Origin: Pseudomonas aeruginosa PAO1
Lineage (GTDB): Bacteria; Pseudomonadota; Gammaproteobacteria; Pseudomonadales; Pseudomonadaceae
Assembly: GCF_000006765.1 (NCBI RefSeq)
Contig: NC_002516.2
Direction: 5' to 3' (one strand)
DNA length: 64,000 nucleotides
A program made the translations under genes and the position numbers. Under the pieces are notes generated by a model. It did not search any database. It had not been told where the DNA came from and saw nothing but the letters and a program-made list of their open reading frames with translations. Numbering within the stretch: the first letter of the stretch is position 1; each line of letters starts with the position of its first letter. This document shows, piece by piece, positions 47,385 to 57,371 of the stretch.

Positions 47385-49055
47385 CTAGATCAGCAGTTCC
47401 GCCCTGCCGACATCGACCTTCAGAATCTCCGCGTCGATGTATCCAAGTTGTACCCCCAGCAAGGGCAGGACCAGATTCAGGATCGGCGTCAGCAGCCCAT
47501 CGACCAGAGGTGCCACCACGGAATTCACGATGAGGTCGGTGAGCGCCGTCGAGCCGCACAGCAAAGGCAAGCACAGTCCGAGCACCACGGGATTGACGTT
47601 GATGCTGGTTTTCAGGGTACTGGCGAGAAAGCCGCTTTCCGGCAACCTGCGGCTCTGGACGAGATCGGAACCGTCGGCTTTCACGTTGAATCGCGTATCG
47701 CCCGAGCTGCCGGCGATCGAGGTATCGAGCTTGAGATCCAATCGCACCAAGCCGCCAAGCACCAGAATCGAGCCGACCTGATCGATGTTGGCCGGACTGC
47801 CGATCTTTATCGTCGCTCCGCTGCTTCTCCAACCGAAGTCCAACGCGGTATCCGGGCGGGTACAGGCCATGCTTTTCAGCCAGACGGCTCCCGACGCGCC
47901 TTCGATGGCCAGTTGCAGTTTCGTGGTGGCGAGAATGGACAGGAACCCGGAATCGATGTCCGCCGTAAGTCGTACCTGGGACTGGCGCACCTCCGTGCGC
48001 CAGGCACCGCTCTCATCCTGCCCTGGCGGCCCGGAGACGATCCTCTTCGGCTCTACGACCGTGAGCCGTGCATTGGCCAATCCGGGGATGCCCAGGTTCA
48101 CGGCGACCGCGGAATTCTTGTTGGCGACCTGGGCAACCGCCATGATGAGATCCAGCGCATTGATCGCCGTATCCAGCTGCGACATGCTGTTCACCTCGCC
48201 GGCGCTCAGCCCCAGCAGGTCTCCCAGTTTCAACGTGGCCGACTTTACCCCCACCAATTGCGCTCTCAGGGCCTCGACCGAGGCTACGCCGTTCTTCGCC
48301 AGGACGTTCACGCTGGCGGCGAGTACCTGCTGCAAGCCGACGTTGGTATTCAACAACTGTTCGATGGTCCCCAGGCTGGTATCGACCCCGATCAAGCCCA
48401 TTCCATCCGCGCCGAGAATGTCCAGCACACTGAGCTTCGCGTCGGCGATACCGTTGTAGGCCGCCGCCGAGAGATCGATGTGGGTGCCCAGCAATCCGCT
48501 CAGGATGGGGTTGAGCAACGCCGATTGGCCACTGTTCACGCTCGCCAGCCCCGTGCCTGCGGAAATCGTGGCGTTCGGCAGGCGTCGCGCCACGGCCTCT
48601 GCGCGGAGATCGACGTTGGCATTGCCGCCGCCGAACAGTCCCCCGAGGTTGGCGACCAGGCTGCCGGGAACGCTCTTGGTCACCTCGACATGCACCGCCT
48701 CGTTGGCGACAGCCGCGTTCGACGCGCTGGCTATGAAACTGCGCAGGCCGCCGGCACTCAGCACGCCGCCGACCTCCGCCGACAGGCTGGAGCCGGCGGC
48801 GTCCGCATCGAACCCGTTGAGCATCGCGCTGGCCTTGGCGAAAGACGTCGCCTGGGCAGAACTCTGGTCGCCGCACAAGGCTCCCTGGGAGGCACTCTCC
48901 AGCGCCGCCACGTCCGCCACTCGCTGCAGGTTGCGCTGCTCCAGGTAGAGCCGCCCGGTATCCACCACCAGCAACAGGCAGATCAAGGCCAGCAGCAGGG
49001 TGGTCGCCGCCAGGATGCCGATCGCCCCGCGCTGTCTTGCAGGCCATCCGTTCAT
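47385..49055 (-). CDS. tadG: TadG-like pilus-associated protein
   Basis: RQRG|AIGILAA N-terminus, Tad domain LQRVADVAAL, long Gly/Ala/Ser-rich body. Confidence 0.85.
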   Translation of the reverse strand: MNGWPARQRGAIGILAATTLLLALICLLLVVDTGRLYLEQRNLQRVADVAALESASQGALCGDQSSAQATSFAKASAMLNGFDADAAGSSLSAEVGGVLSAGGLRSFIASASNAAVANEAVHVEVTKSVPGSLVANLGGLFGGGNANVDLRAEAVARRLPNATISAGTGLASVNSGQSALLNPILSGLLGTHIDLSAAAYNGIADAKLSVLDILGADGMGLIGVDTSLGTIEQLLNTNVGLQQVLAASVNVLAKNGVASVEALRAQLVGVKSATLKLGDLLGLSAGEVNSMSQLDTAINALDLIMAVAQVANKNSAVAVNLGIPGLANARLTVVEPKRIVSGPPGQDESGAWRTEVRQSQVRLTADIDSGFLSILATTKLQLAIEGASGAVWLKSMACTRPDTALDFGWRSSGATIKIGSPANIDQVGSILVLGGLVRLDLKLDTSIAGSSGDTRFNVKADGSDLVQSRRLPESGFLASTLKTSINVNPVVLGLCLPLLCGSTALTDLIVNSVVAPLVDGLLTPILNLVLPLLGVQLGYIDAEILKVDVGRAELLI

Positions 49056-49079
49056 GCCCTGCCCCTCCGCCAGGAACCG

Positions 49080-49364
49080 TCAGTTCTTGCTCTCGCCGAA
49101 GCCGCGATCTTCCAGCAGGTACTCGGGAATCTCGTGCTCATAGCTTTTCAGGTAGCGCTGGTAGGCACGCTGGCGCTCGGCGGCGGTCGCGCTTTGCCGA
49201 ACCGGGCTGGCGGCCCGGCCGCTCGCCTGGATGGCCAGCCAGGCGCGGGTGGCGGTCTGCGGTTCGGCCGTCGCTGGCGCGGCAGGACGGACCGCCGGCG
49301 TGTCCGCGGCCCAGGCCGTGCCGGACAGGAGCAGCAAGACGCCGAACAGGATTCGCTCGTGCAT
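49080..49364 (-). CDS. Small exported protein, DUF3613-like (PA4298)
   Basis: Signal peptide ending AWA; AWLAIQASG...AYQRYLKSY. Confidence 0.75.
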   Translation of the reverse strand: MHERILFGVLLLLSGTAWAADTPAVRPAAPATAEPQTATRAWLAIQASGRAASPVRQSATAAERQRAYQRYLKSYEHEIPEYLLEDRGFGESKN

Positions 49365-49386
49365 GGTTCACCTCTCCGGCGCCGGC

Positions 49387-50124
49387 TCAGGGCGCCTCGT
49401 TGGCCATCGCGGTATGCATATTCGCCTCCGCCGGCAGTTCCGCCAGCGGGTCGTCGCTTGCCGGCGCCGCGCCGGGTGTCGGTACGGCACCCCAGCTGCG
49501 CGCCCGCGCCTCGGCCGCGCGGATGTCCCGGGCATCCAGCTGCAAACGCTCGATCAGGCGCTGCGCATCTTCCCGGTCGCCTTGCAGGTACAGCAGGCCG
49601 AGCAGGTTGGTCGCCGGCAGCTTGCCACCCTGCTGCAACTCCAGCGCAGTGATGAATTCGAAGCGCGCGCCGACACGGTCGCCGCGCTTGAGCAGGGCGA
49701 CCCCCAGGTCGTTGCGGAAGCGGCTCTCGGTCGGCCGCAGGCGCGCCGCCTCGCGCAGCTCGAGGACCGCCCGGGCGCTGTCGCCATTGCGCAGGGCGAG
49801 CAGGCCGAGGCCGTGGTGCGCCTCGGGTGCCTTGCAGGTTTCCAGCAGGGCCTGGTACTCGGCCCTGGCCCGCGGGTCGCCGATCCGGCGCAGGATCAGC
49901 GCCCTTTCCTCGCGCACGTCGAGCAACCCCGGCGGCATGCTTTCCAGGTTGGCCAGGGCCGCATGCAGGCGGCCCTCGCGGATCATGTCGCGGACCATGT
50001 TCATCTGCAGTTCCTGCTCCTGGCCGAGCTGCTGCGAACACTCCCGTGGGCCGTCCCGCCCCGGCAGCGCGGCGCAACCGCCGAGCAGGGCGGCGCACAG
50101 GCCGATGCCGATCAGTGCTTTCAT
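49387..50124 (-). CDS. tadD: TadD TPR lipoprotein (pilotin)
   Basis: C-terminal part of the track ORF; MKALIGIGLCAALLGG|C lipobox, TPR-like repeats. Confidence 0.9.
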   Translation of the reverse strand: MKALIGIGLCAALLGGCAALPGRDGPRECSQQLGQEQELQMNMVRDMIREGRLHAALANLESMPPGLLDVREERALILRRIGDPRARAEYQALLETCKAPEAHHGLGLLALRNGDSARAVLELREAARLRPTESRFRNDLGVALLKRGDRVGARFEFITALELQQGGKLPATNLLGLLYLQGDREDAQRLIERLQLDARDIRAAEARARSWGAVPTPGAAPASDDPLAELPAEANMHTAMANEAP

Positions 50125-51032
50125 CCCAGTCCTCCCAAGGCCTTGGTGATGGCAATGACGCCCGGACCGGCGAGGACGATCAGCAGCGCCGGGAACAGCA
50201 GCACCATCATCACCAGGCTCATCTTCGCCGACAGCTTGCCGATGCGTTCCTGCAAGGTGGTCAGGCGCCGGTCTTCGAACAGTTGCTTGAGCGTCAGCAG
50301 GGTGCTGCGCGCACTGCCGCCCTGGCGCAACATCTGCCGTAGCACGCCGCAGCAGTCGTTCAGCGGGTCCACCTGCAGGCGCCGGGCAAGCGCCTCCAGC
50401 TCTTCCGCCAGGTCGATGCCGTTGTCGGCACGGGTCAGCGCCAGGTCCAGCTCGCGGGCCAGTTGCGGGGTGATCCCGCGGCCTTCCAGGCAGACCACGC
50501 GCAGCGTCTGCTCCACGGTCAGGCCGGCGTCGAAGAGGATGCGGATCAGTTGCACGAACAGGATCATCTCGTCGGCGATCAGCGCCCGGCGCGCCTTGGC
50601 GAAGTGCTTGAGCACCTGCTTGGGCAGGAGGAAACCGATGCCGGCGGCGAACAGCAGCGGCACCGCGTAGGACGCCTCGCTCTCGGCGCGCAGCAGCTTG
50701 ACCAGCAAGACCAGGAGAACGAACAGCAGCGGCGTGAGGAACACCGAGATCAGGTACAGGGTCCGGTAGCGACTCTCGTGCCAGCCGGCCTGTTGCAGCA
50801 ACTGGCGGGCCTCGCTGTCCATCAGTTGCAGGCGCCGCACCCAGAAGCTGTCGTCCATCCGCTCGGTCATGCCGGCCAGCCACCTGGTCGAGCCGCCAGG
50901 GTTGGCCAGCGCTCCCAGGCGCCTCTCGATCAGGCGCTGCTCGCGGCTGCCGTTGCGCGCCTGGAGCAACAGCAACAAGGCACCGCCGACCGCCATCAGG
51001 AGCGCCGCGAAAATCAGCCACTGTGCCTGCAT
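50121..51032 (-). CDS. tadC: TadC inner-membrane platform protein
   Basis: ATG after GGAGG; T2SSF-like, ERIGKLSAKMSLVM. Confidence 0.9.
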   Translation of the reverse strand: MQAQWLIFAALLMAVGGALLLLLQARNGSREQRLIERRLGALANPGGSTRWLAGMTERMDDSFWVRRLQLMDSEARQLLQQAGWHESRYRTLYLISVFLTPLLFVLLVLLVKLLRAESEASYAVPLLFAAGIGFLLPKQVLKHFAKARRALIADEMILFVQLIRILFDAGLTVEQTLRVVCLEGRGITPQLARELDLALTRADNGIDLAEELEALARRLQVDPLNDCCGVLRQMLRQGGSARSTLLTLKQLFEDRRLTTLQERIGKLSAKMSLVMMVLLFPALLIVLAGPGVIAITKALGGLG

Positions 51033-51041
51033 GGCCACCTC

Positions 51042-51926
51042 CTAGACGCTCTTGAGCATGCGCCACAGCGCATAGCAGCCGAGCAGTTGCAGCCCGAGCG
51101 AGGCCAGCAGCAGGAAACGCCCGGTGCCGTCGGCCCACATGTTCAGCAGATAGCCCGGGTTGCTCGCCAGGATGTAGCCGCCCAGGGCGCTCGGCACGCC
51201 GGCCAGGACATAGGCGCTGATCCGTGTCTCGCCGGTCATCGCGTGCAACTGCCGGCTGAGCTTCTCGCGCTCGTGGATGAGCTTGACGATGCTGTCCAGC
51301 AGGTCGCTGGTATTGCCGCCATAACGGTGGTTGACCGAGACGCCCAGGGCGAGGATGCGCAGCTCCTCAACCTCGTAGAGTTCGGCGACTTCCTGCAACG
51401 CCTCCGGCAGGTGGATGCCGAGAAGCACGTGGTTGCGCGCCAGGGTGAAGATGTCGCGCAGCGGCTCCTCGGCATTCTCCACTGCCTGCATCAGCGCGTC
51501 GCCCAGCGTGCGCCCGGCGTGCAGGCTGCGCACCACCTGGTCGAGGAAACGCGGCATCTGCCGGATCATTCGCTTCAGGCGGCGCTGGTAGAGCATGCCC
51601 AGGGCGACGCGGCAGGACAGCGCCGCCAGTAGCAGGCCGCCTAGCGCGCCGATGGTGCCGAACAGGCCCAATCCGCTCCAGACCAGCAGCAGCGCGAGCA
51701 CTGCCGCCCCGAACAACCACGGGCGCGGGCGCTGGATACCGGCGCGACGCATCTGGCGAGCCAGCCAGTGACTGCTGCGCGGCCGCACCGCGACCGCCTC
51801 CTGGCGTCCCAGCAGCCGTTCAACCACCAGTTCGTTGCGCCCGGCGCGCCAGCCCATGAACGCCAGGGCCAGCGCGGCGAAAGCTAGCACGCCGCTGAAC
51901 AGCACCAGCAGTTGCGCGCCGTTCAC
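51042..51926 (-). CDS. tadB: TadB inner-membrane platform protein
   Basis: [28 protein letters not shown]. Confidence 0.9.
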   Translation of the reverse strand: MNGAQLLVLFSGVLAFAALALAFMGWRAGRNELVVERLLGRQEAVAVRPRSSHWLARQMRRAGIQRPRPWLFGAAVLALLLVWSGLGLFGTIGALGGLLLAALSCRVALGMLYQRRLKRMIRQMPRFLDQVVRSLHAGRTLGDALMQAVENAEEPLRDIFTLARNHVLLGIHLPEALQEVAELYEVEELRILALGVSVNHRYGGNTSDLLDSIVKLIHEREKLSRQLHAMTGETRISAYVLAGVPSALGGYILASNPGYLLNMWADGTGRFLLLASLGLQLLGCYALWRMLKSV

Positions 51927-53188
51927 AGCAGCGCCTGGCGGAATTTCTGCCCGACCGGCGCGGCCTGGCGGACGAACTGCCCGCTACCGCGCCGGTCGAG
52001 ACTGAACAGCGTATTGGTGACGTACACACCGTCGCGCACCTCCAGCACCTCCAGCACTTCGCTGATGCAACGCCGACCGCTGGCCAGGCGGGTGATCTGC
52101 ACCACCACGTCCAGCGCGGCGCAAATCATCAGGCGCAAGGTCTGCTCCGGCAGCCTGTTGCCGGTCAGGCCGACCAGCATCTCCATGCGCAGCAGCGAAT
52201 CCATCGCCGAGTTGGCGTGCACCGTGCTCATCGAGCCGTCGTGGCCGGTGTTCATCGCCTGCAGCACGTCGAGCACCTCGACGCCACGGATCTCGCCGAG
52301 GATGATCCGGTCCGGGCGCATCCGCAGGGCGTTGCGGATCAGGTCGCGGGCGGTCACCTCGCCGTAGCCCTCGGCGTTCGGCGGACGGGTCTCCAGGCGC
52401 ACCACGTGGTCGTGGCCGAGTTGCAGCTCGGCGGTGTCCTCGATGGTGACGATCCGCTCGCGTTCGTCGATGAAGCCGCTGATGACGTTGAGCAAGGTGG
52501 TCTTGCCGGTGCCGGTGCCGCCGCTGATGAGGATGTTGCAGCGGCGCGAGACCGCCTGGCGGAGGAACTCGAGCAAGGCTTCGTCGACGCTCTGGTAGGC
52601 CAGCAGGTCGGCACTGCGCAGCAGCTCCTGGCTGAACTTGCGGATCGAGATGCACGGCCCGTCCAGCGCCACCGGGGGAATGATCGCGTTGACCCGGCTG
52701 CCGTCCGGCAGGCGCGCGTCGACCATCGGGCTGGACTCGTCCAGGCGTCGGCCGAGGGGCGCGAGGATACGCTGGATCACCCGCAGCACATGGTGGTCGT
52801 CGATGAAGCGCAGGTCGCTCTGGTAGAGCCGCCCTTCCCGCTCGACGAACACCCGGCCCGGCCCGTTGACGAGGATTTCCGAGACGCCGGGATCGCGCAG
52901 GAGGATCTCCAGCGGGCCGAAGCCGGTGAGTTCGTCGACCACCTCTTCGGCCAGGCGGTCCAGTTCGTAGCGGGAGATCGCCAGTTGATGGCGCGAGCCG
53001 TATTCGCAGACCTTTTCCGAGACGTACTGGACCACGGCGGAGCGCGCGCCCTCCAGCAGGTTCATGCCGTCTTCGTCGATCTCGTCGATGATGTAGCGGT
53101 GCAGGCGCAGCTTCAGCGCCTGGATGTCCTGCTCCTGGCGGGAGTGGAAGGCACCGCCGTCAGGACGCGCGCCGAATCCCGTGCTCAT
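51923..53188 (-). CDS. tadA: TadA assembly ATPase (CpaF/VirB11-like)
   Basis: [37 protein letters not shown]. Confidence 0.96.
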   Translation of the reverse strand: MSTGFGARPDGGAFHSRQEQDIQALKLRLHRYIIDEIDEDGMNLLEGARSAVVQYVSEKVCEYGSRHQLAISRYELDRLAEEVVDELTGFGPLEILLRDPGVSEILVNGPGRVFVEREGRLYQSDLRFIDDHHVLRVIQRILAPLGRRLDESSPMVDARLPDGSRVNAIIPPVALDGPCISIRKFSQELLRSADLLAYQSVDEALLEFLRQAVSRRCNILISGGTGTGKTTLLNVISGFIDERERIVTIEDTAELQLGHDHVVRLETRPPNAEGYGEVTARDLIRNALRMRPDRIILGEIRGVEVLDVLQAMNTGHDGSMSTVHANSAMDSLLRMEMLVGLTGNRLPEQTLRLMICAALDVVVQITRLASGRRCISEVLEVLEVRDGVYVTNTLFSLDRRGSGQFVRQAAPVGQKFRQALL

Positions 53189-54369
53189 AGCAGCGCCGCC
53201 TTGGCCCGGCCGAGCCAGGACAGCAGCGAACGGCGCTCGCCGCGTGTCACGCACAGGCTGTCCGCCAGTTGCCGCAGCTTAGCCGCCAATGGGTCGCGCG
53301 GCGCCACCTCGAACAGGCTCTTGCCGAGGTTCTTCGCGCGCAGGCGCGATTCCGGGGACAACGGCAGGACACCGAACAGATCGAGGTCGAACATCCGGCT
53401 CAGGGCCTGCTGGTCCGGCGCCACATTGGGCAGGTAGCGCTCGATCAGCAACTCGATGGAGGGCAACGGCAGGTTGCGCTCGCGCAGGCGGCGCAGGCGC
53501 TCCAGGCCCTTCTTGCAGGACGGCACGCTCTGGTCGACCATCCACAGCACGCGGTTGGCCTGCACCAGCAACTGGTTGCTCAGCTCGCCCTCGGGCAGCC
53601 CGGTGAGGTTGACCACCACATGGCTGAACGCCCCGCGCAGGTTGCCCAGCAACAGATAGAGTTCGGCGGTGGTGACTCGCTCCAGCACGCCGGGCTCGTC
53701 GGTCAGGCTGAGTATCCGCAGGCCGCTGTCGAGGCGGGTGAAGGCGCTGTCGATCAGGGTCTGGTCGAGGCGCCGCAGGTTGCGCAAGGCATCGCTGAAG
53801 GTGAAGGCCGAGTCCAGGCCGAGGATCGCCAGCGCCTCGCCGGTGGGCTGGCCGACGTCCAGCAGCAGGACCTGGTTCGGCGTCTGCTCCTGCAACGCCT
53901 TGGCCAGGTGCAAGGCGACGAAGGCGCCGTCGGCGTCCGGTCGGGCGCTGACCAGGGTCAGCAGCTCGCCCTGGCGCGCCGCGCTCACCGGCACGCTGGG
54001 CAGGCGTCCGCCGAGGCGCCGGATCAGCCCGGTCAGCTCGCTGGCGCGGGCGCCGTAGGTGATGAAGTCGCGCGCGCCGGCGCGCATCGCCGCCAGCACC
54101 AACTGGTTGTCCAGGCCGTCGCCGATGGCCACCACCGAGAGCATCGGCCGCGCCGATACCAATCCCTCGACCAGCGCGCCCTGGGACACCAGGTTGCTTT
54201 TGCCGAGGCTGATGAACAGCACCCCGGCGGCGGTGACGTCGAGCAGCGCCAGCAGCTCCTCCAGGCTGGCGCTGCCTGCCGGAACCACCTGGCCGGCGGA
54301 CGCCAGGCTGTTCTGCAACCAGTCGAGTTCGCCGGGATGCTGGGTCAGCGCCACGAAGTTCTGGTTCAT
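53185..54369 (-). CDS. tadZ: TadZ/CpaE localisation protein
   Basis: Atypical receiver domain (AMRAGARDF) plus MinD/ParA-like domain. Confidence 0.88.
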   Translation of the reverse strand: MNQNFVALTQHPGELDWLQNSLASAGQVVPAGSASLEELLALLDVTAAGVLFISLGKSNLVSQGALVEGLVSARPMLSVVAIGDGLDNQLVLAAMRAGARDFITYGARASELTGLIRRLGGRLPSVPVSAARQGELLTLVSARPDADGAFVALHLAKALQEQTPNQVLLLDVGQPTGEALAILGLDSAFTFSDALRNLRRLDQTLIDSAFTRLDSGLRILSLTDEPGVLERVTTAELYLLLGNLRGAFSHVVVNLTGLPEGELSNQLLVQANRVLWMVDQSVPSCKKGLERLRRLRERNLPLPSIELLIERYLPNVAPDQQALSRMFDLDLFGVLPLSPESRLRAKNLGKSLFEVAPRDPLAAKLRQLADSLCVTRGERRSLLSWLGRAKAALL

Positions 54370-54378
54370 GCGCGCCTC

Positions 54379-55629
54379 CTAATCCGACAGACCGGTGTCG
54401 TTCTGCTGGCCGTCGTACTCGCCGCGCTCGAGGAAGTACAGGCGCGAGAACCCCGGATCGTAGTGCCGCAGGCCCTCGCCGGGCAGGTCCGGCAACTGTG
54501 CGTCGGCGGCCAGCGGCTGGACCAGGTGCGGGGTGACGATCATCAGCAGCTCGCGGTCGTCCTTGTCCAGCTTGGTCGAGCGGAAGAACGCACCGAGGAT
54601 CGGGATGTCGCCCAGCCAGGGAAACTTGTCGACGTTGCTCACCGAGTTGCTGCTGGTCAGCCCGCTGATCACGAAGCTCTCGCCGTCGGCCAGCATCACG
54701 CTGGTGTCGGTGCGCCGGACGCGCAGTGCCGGCACCGCCACCCCGCCGCTCTGGATGCCGGCGCTGTAGTCCAGTTCGCTGACCTCCGGCGCCACCTTGA
54801 GAGCGATGCGGCGGTTGTTCATCACCGTCGGGGTGAGGGTCAGGCGGATGCCGAACTCCTTGTATTCGATGGTGACGTTGTCGTTGGTGCCGTTCGGCAC
54901 CGGGATCGGAAACTCGCCGCCGGCGAGGAACGACGCGCTCTGCCCGCTCATCGCCACCAGGCTCGGGCGCGCCAGGGTATAGGCGAAGCCGCTGCCCTCC
55001 AGGGCATTCATGAAGCTCAACCACTTGCCGCCGCCGAAGATCAGGTTGAATCCCGAGCTGCCGGTGCCGAAGGTGCCGCCCAGGCCGCTGCCGTCGGCAT
55101 TGACCTTGATGTCGCCGAGGCTGCCCGGCGCACCGAGCACCCAGAGGTTGCCGCCGCGGCGGACGAACGAGGTGCTGGCCTGCTTCAGCTTGCTGCGGCT
55201 GACCTCGACGAAGCGGATATCGGTCTGCACCTGGTTCGGCAGCTCCTCTGCGGCGCCGACGGTGAACGCTGGAGCACCGCGGGTATCGACGCTACCGCGT
55301 CCCTCGACCTCCACCAGGCTGCGCAACGGCTCGGGACTGCAGCCGGTCCAGATCAGCAGGCTGGTGGAGCCCTGTTCCTTACCGGTGACCAGGAAGCCGC
55401 GACGATCCAGCAACTGTACGTCGGCGATCTTCGGATCGCCGATGGCCAGCCGTTCGATCGGCACCGCCAGGCGCAGGTCACGCTGTTGTCCCTGGACGAC
55501 GTCGACCCGCGGCGCCTGCGCCAGCAACTCGATGCAGCCCTGCGGCAAAGCCAGTGCCGGCAGCGCCAACGCCACCCCCAGCAGCCCTCCCAGCCAGCGC
55601 GACACGCCTATCCCGGTGCTCCGATGCAT
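54379..55629 (-). CDS. rcpA: RcpA secretin
   Basis: Signal peptide, ASFLAGGEFPIP, YKEFGIRL, PWLGDIPILGAFF. Confidence 0.94.
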   Translation of the reverse strand: MHRSTGIGVSRWLGGLLGVALALPALALPQGCIELLAQAPRVDVVQGQQRDLRLAVPIERLAIGDPKIADVQLLDRRGFLVTGKEQGSTSLLIWTGCSPEPLRSLVEVEGRGSVDTRGAPAFTVGAAEELPNQVQTDIRFVEVSRSKLKQASTSFVRRGGNLWVLGAPGSLGDIKVNADGSGLGGTFGTGSSGFNLIFGGGKWLSFMNALEGSGFAYTLARPSLVAMSGQSASFLAGGEFPIPVPNGTNDNVTIEYKEFGIRLTLTPTVMNNRRIALKVAPEVSELDYSAGIQSGGVAVPALRVRRTDTSVMLADGESFVISGLTSSNSVSNVDKFPWLGDIPILGAFFRSTKLDKDDRELLMIVTPHLVQPLAADAQLPDLPGEGLRHYDPGFSRLYFLERGEYDGQQNDTGLSD

Positions 55630-55642
55630 ATGCCGGCTCCCC

Positions 55643-56554
55643 TCAAGGCGCTTCATGGGTCATGGCGCTGCCACGGTAGACCGTGACCCCGTTGGCCACC
55701 GGCACGCGCGGAGCCGCGCTGCGCACGCTCGGCGCCGTCGGTTTGCGGCGCTCCAGCAGTTGGTCGAGACTCAGCGCCGCGCTCGGCGCGCCCAGCGACG
55801 CTTGCAGCAGCGCGCCTTCCTGCTCCCTGCGGTAGAGTTCTTCGTCCTTGCTGCGGATGGCCAGGCGCAGCGAACCGGCCTGGCTCGCCAGCATCAGCCG
55901 CGCCACGCCGTCCTCCGGTACCGCCAGCACCGCGGTACGCGGCGGACGCGGGTCCTTTTCCTGGTTCGAGCGGTCCTGTCCATCGCTGCCCACGGCGATC
56001 CTCTCGCCGTAGGTCAGTACCCGGACGCCGGGCAACACCAGTTGCGCCAGCGGGGTCGATTCGCCGTCCCGCTCGTCACGCACGAAGAGCATCACGTCGA
56101 CATAGTCGCCGGGCAGGACGAAGCCGCCGCCGCCGACCACTTCGTCCACAGCGATCGCCATCGCCCGCTCGTCCGGACGGATGGTCCGGGCCAGCGGACC
56201 GCCGGGTTCGAGGGTCGCGGCGGAAAGAATGCTGCCGGCCGGCACCGCGACCCAGACCCGCTTGCCGAGCAACGCCTCGGGCCTGTCGTAGCTACCGACC
56301 GGTGCGGTCCGCAACAGCTCGACGCTCAGGTCGTCCCTGCCGATCACCGCCAGCGCCGGGAGATCGCGACTGGCCACCAGCACCGGCTTGCGTTCGAGCT
56401 TTTCCAGCGAAGCGTCCACCGTCGCCGAAGCCGGCGCCACGGATGGAGCGTGCGCGTTCGATGGCGCGCGGCCGATGGATACGCCGAGGTATCCGAGCAA
56501 CACCGCACCGAGCAGCAGCAGGCCGGCCAGGGCCATCAGCACCTTGCTATTCAT
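55643..56554 (-). CDS. rcpC: RcpC/CpaB assembly protein
   Basis: SAF domain, RAMAIAVDEVVGGGGFVLPGDYVDV. Confidence 0.92.
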   Translation of the reverse strand: MNSKVLMALAGLLLLGAVLLGYLGVSIGRAPSNAHAPSVAPASATVDASLEKLERKPVLVASRDLPALAVIGRDDLSVELLRTAPVGSYDRPEALLGKRVWVAVPAGSILSAATLEPGGPLARTIRPDERAMAIAVDEVVGGGGFVLPGDYVDVMLFVRDERDGESTPLAQLVLPGVRVLTYGERIAVGSDGQDRSNQEKDPRPPRTAVLAVPEDGVARLMLASQAGSLRLAIRSKDEELYRREQEGALLQASLGAPSAALSLDQLLERRKPTAPSVRSAAPRVPVANGVTVYRGSAMTHEAP

Positions 56555-56963
56555 GGGCAGACCCCTGCTATGCGTCCGGACAGGTCGATGAACGGAAAAT
56601 CACCGGCGATCGCCGATGATCGGAAAAGAAAAACGGGCGTCTCGCTGTCCGTGTCATGGCCATACTCCGGGACTGGCTTTCCATGGCAGGTACATTGGGG
56701 TTATCGACTGGCGACAGTCGTTATTCAAGAACCAAAGTTCATAACTTCGAACTTGCGACGATAGGCCTGAATCTAGACTCGGGATAATCAATGTCAATTT
56801 GTCATTAGATGTAGTCCAAGCCTTGTAACCCGCCATATAACCTTGCGACTAATCCACTCCTACTAATGCCATTTAGTTGTTGCAAAACGCCATCATCGGC
56901 CTAGCCTCAGCGTGGAGGCAGGGCTCTGTCTCGGTGATTGCCGCGTTCGAGGAGCAAACAAGA

Positions 56964-57182
56964 ATGAAGAACCTGACCCTGTTCGTGTATTGCAAAGTTC
57001 GCGCATTCCTGGCGGACGAAGAAGGGGCAAACGCCATCGAATACGCGGTTATCGCCGGTTTGATCGCGGTGGCTCTGATTGCCGTATTGAGTCCCACGGA
57101 CAGTGGTATCGTCGGCGGGCTGAAAGCCTTCTTCGACGGAGTCGGCGAAAAAGTCGGCGGGCTGGCTCCGACAGCGAACTGA
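56964..57182 (+). CDS. flp: Flp type IVb pilin
   Basis: 72 aa after GAGGAG; DEEG|ANAIEYAVIAGLIAV. Confidence 0.96.
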   Translation: MKNLTLFVYCKVRAFLADEEGANAIEYAVIAGLIAVALIAVLSPTDSGIVGGLKAFFDGVGEKVGGLAPTAN

Positions 57183-57208
57183 CGCGAGCGCTTTCCCGGT
57201 CGCTTCCC

Positions 57209-57247
57209 ATAGTGGCGCCATTTTCATGACGCCACTATTTTGCCTTT
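57209..57247 (+). terminator. Probable flp terminator
   Basis: ATAGTGGCG-N12-CGCCACTAT-TTTGCCTTT. Confidence 0.55.
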
Positions 57248-57371
57248 GTAATGGCACTGTGCTACAAAGCCTGCCGTTCAGGCGCTGGATCATGGCTTTC
57301 CCCCGCAAGCTCCCTACCTGGTGGCCTGGGCTCCCCGCCCTTCTTGAGGCTTTTGCCAGGACGCATCGCTC

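Noticed and set aside
45822-56963. Upstream-extended starts in the ORF track (tadF 45936, pprB 46469, tadD 51138, tadA 53254, rcpA 55656, flp 56877)
   Set aside because: Downstream starts have better SD sequences, avoid overlaps, and place signal or prepilin peptides at the N-terminus.
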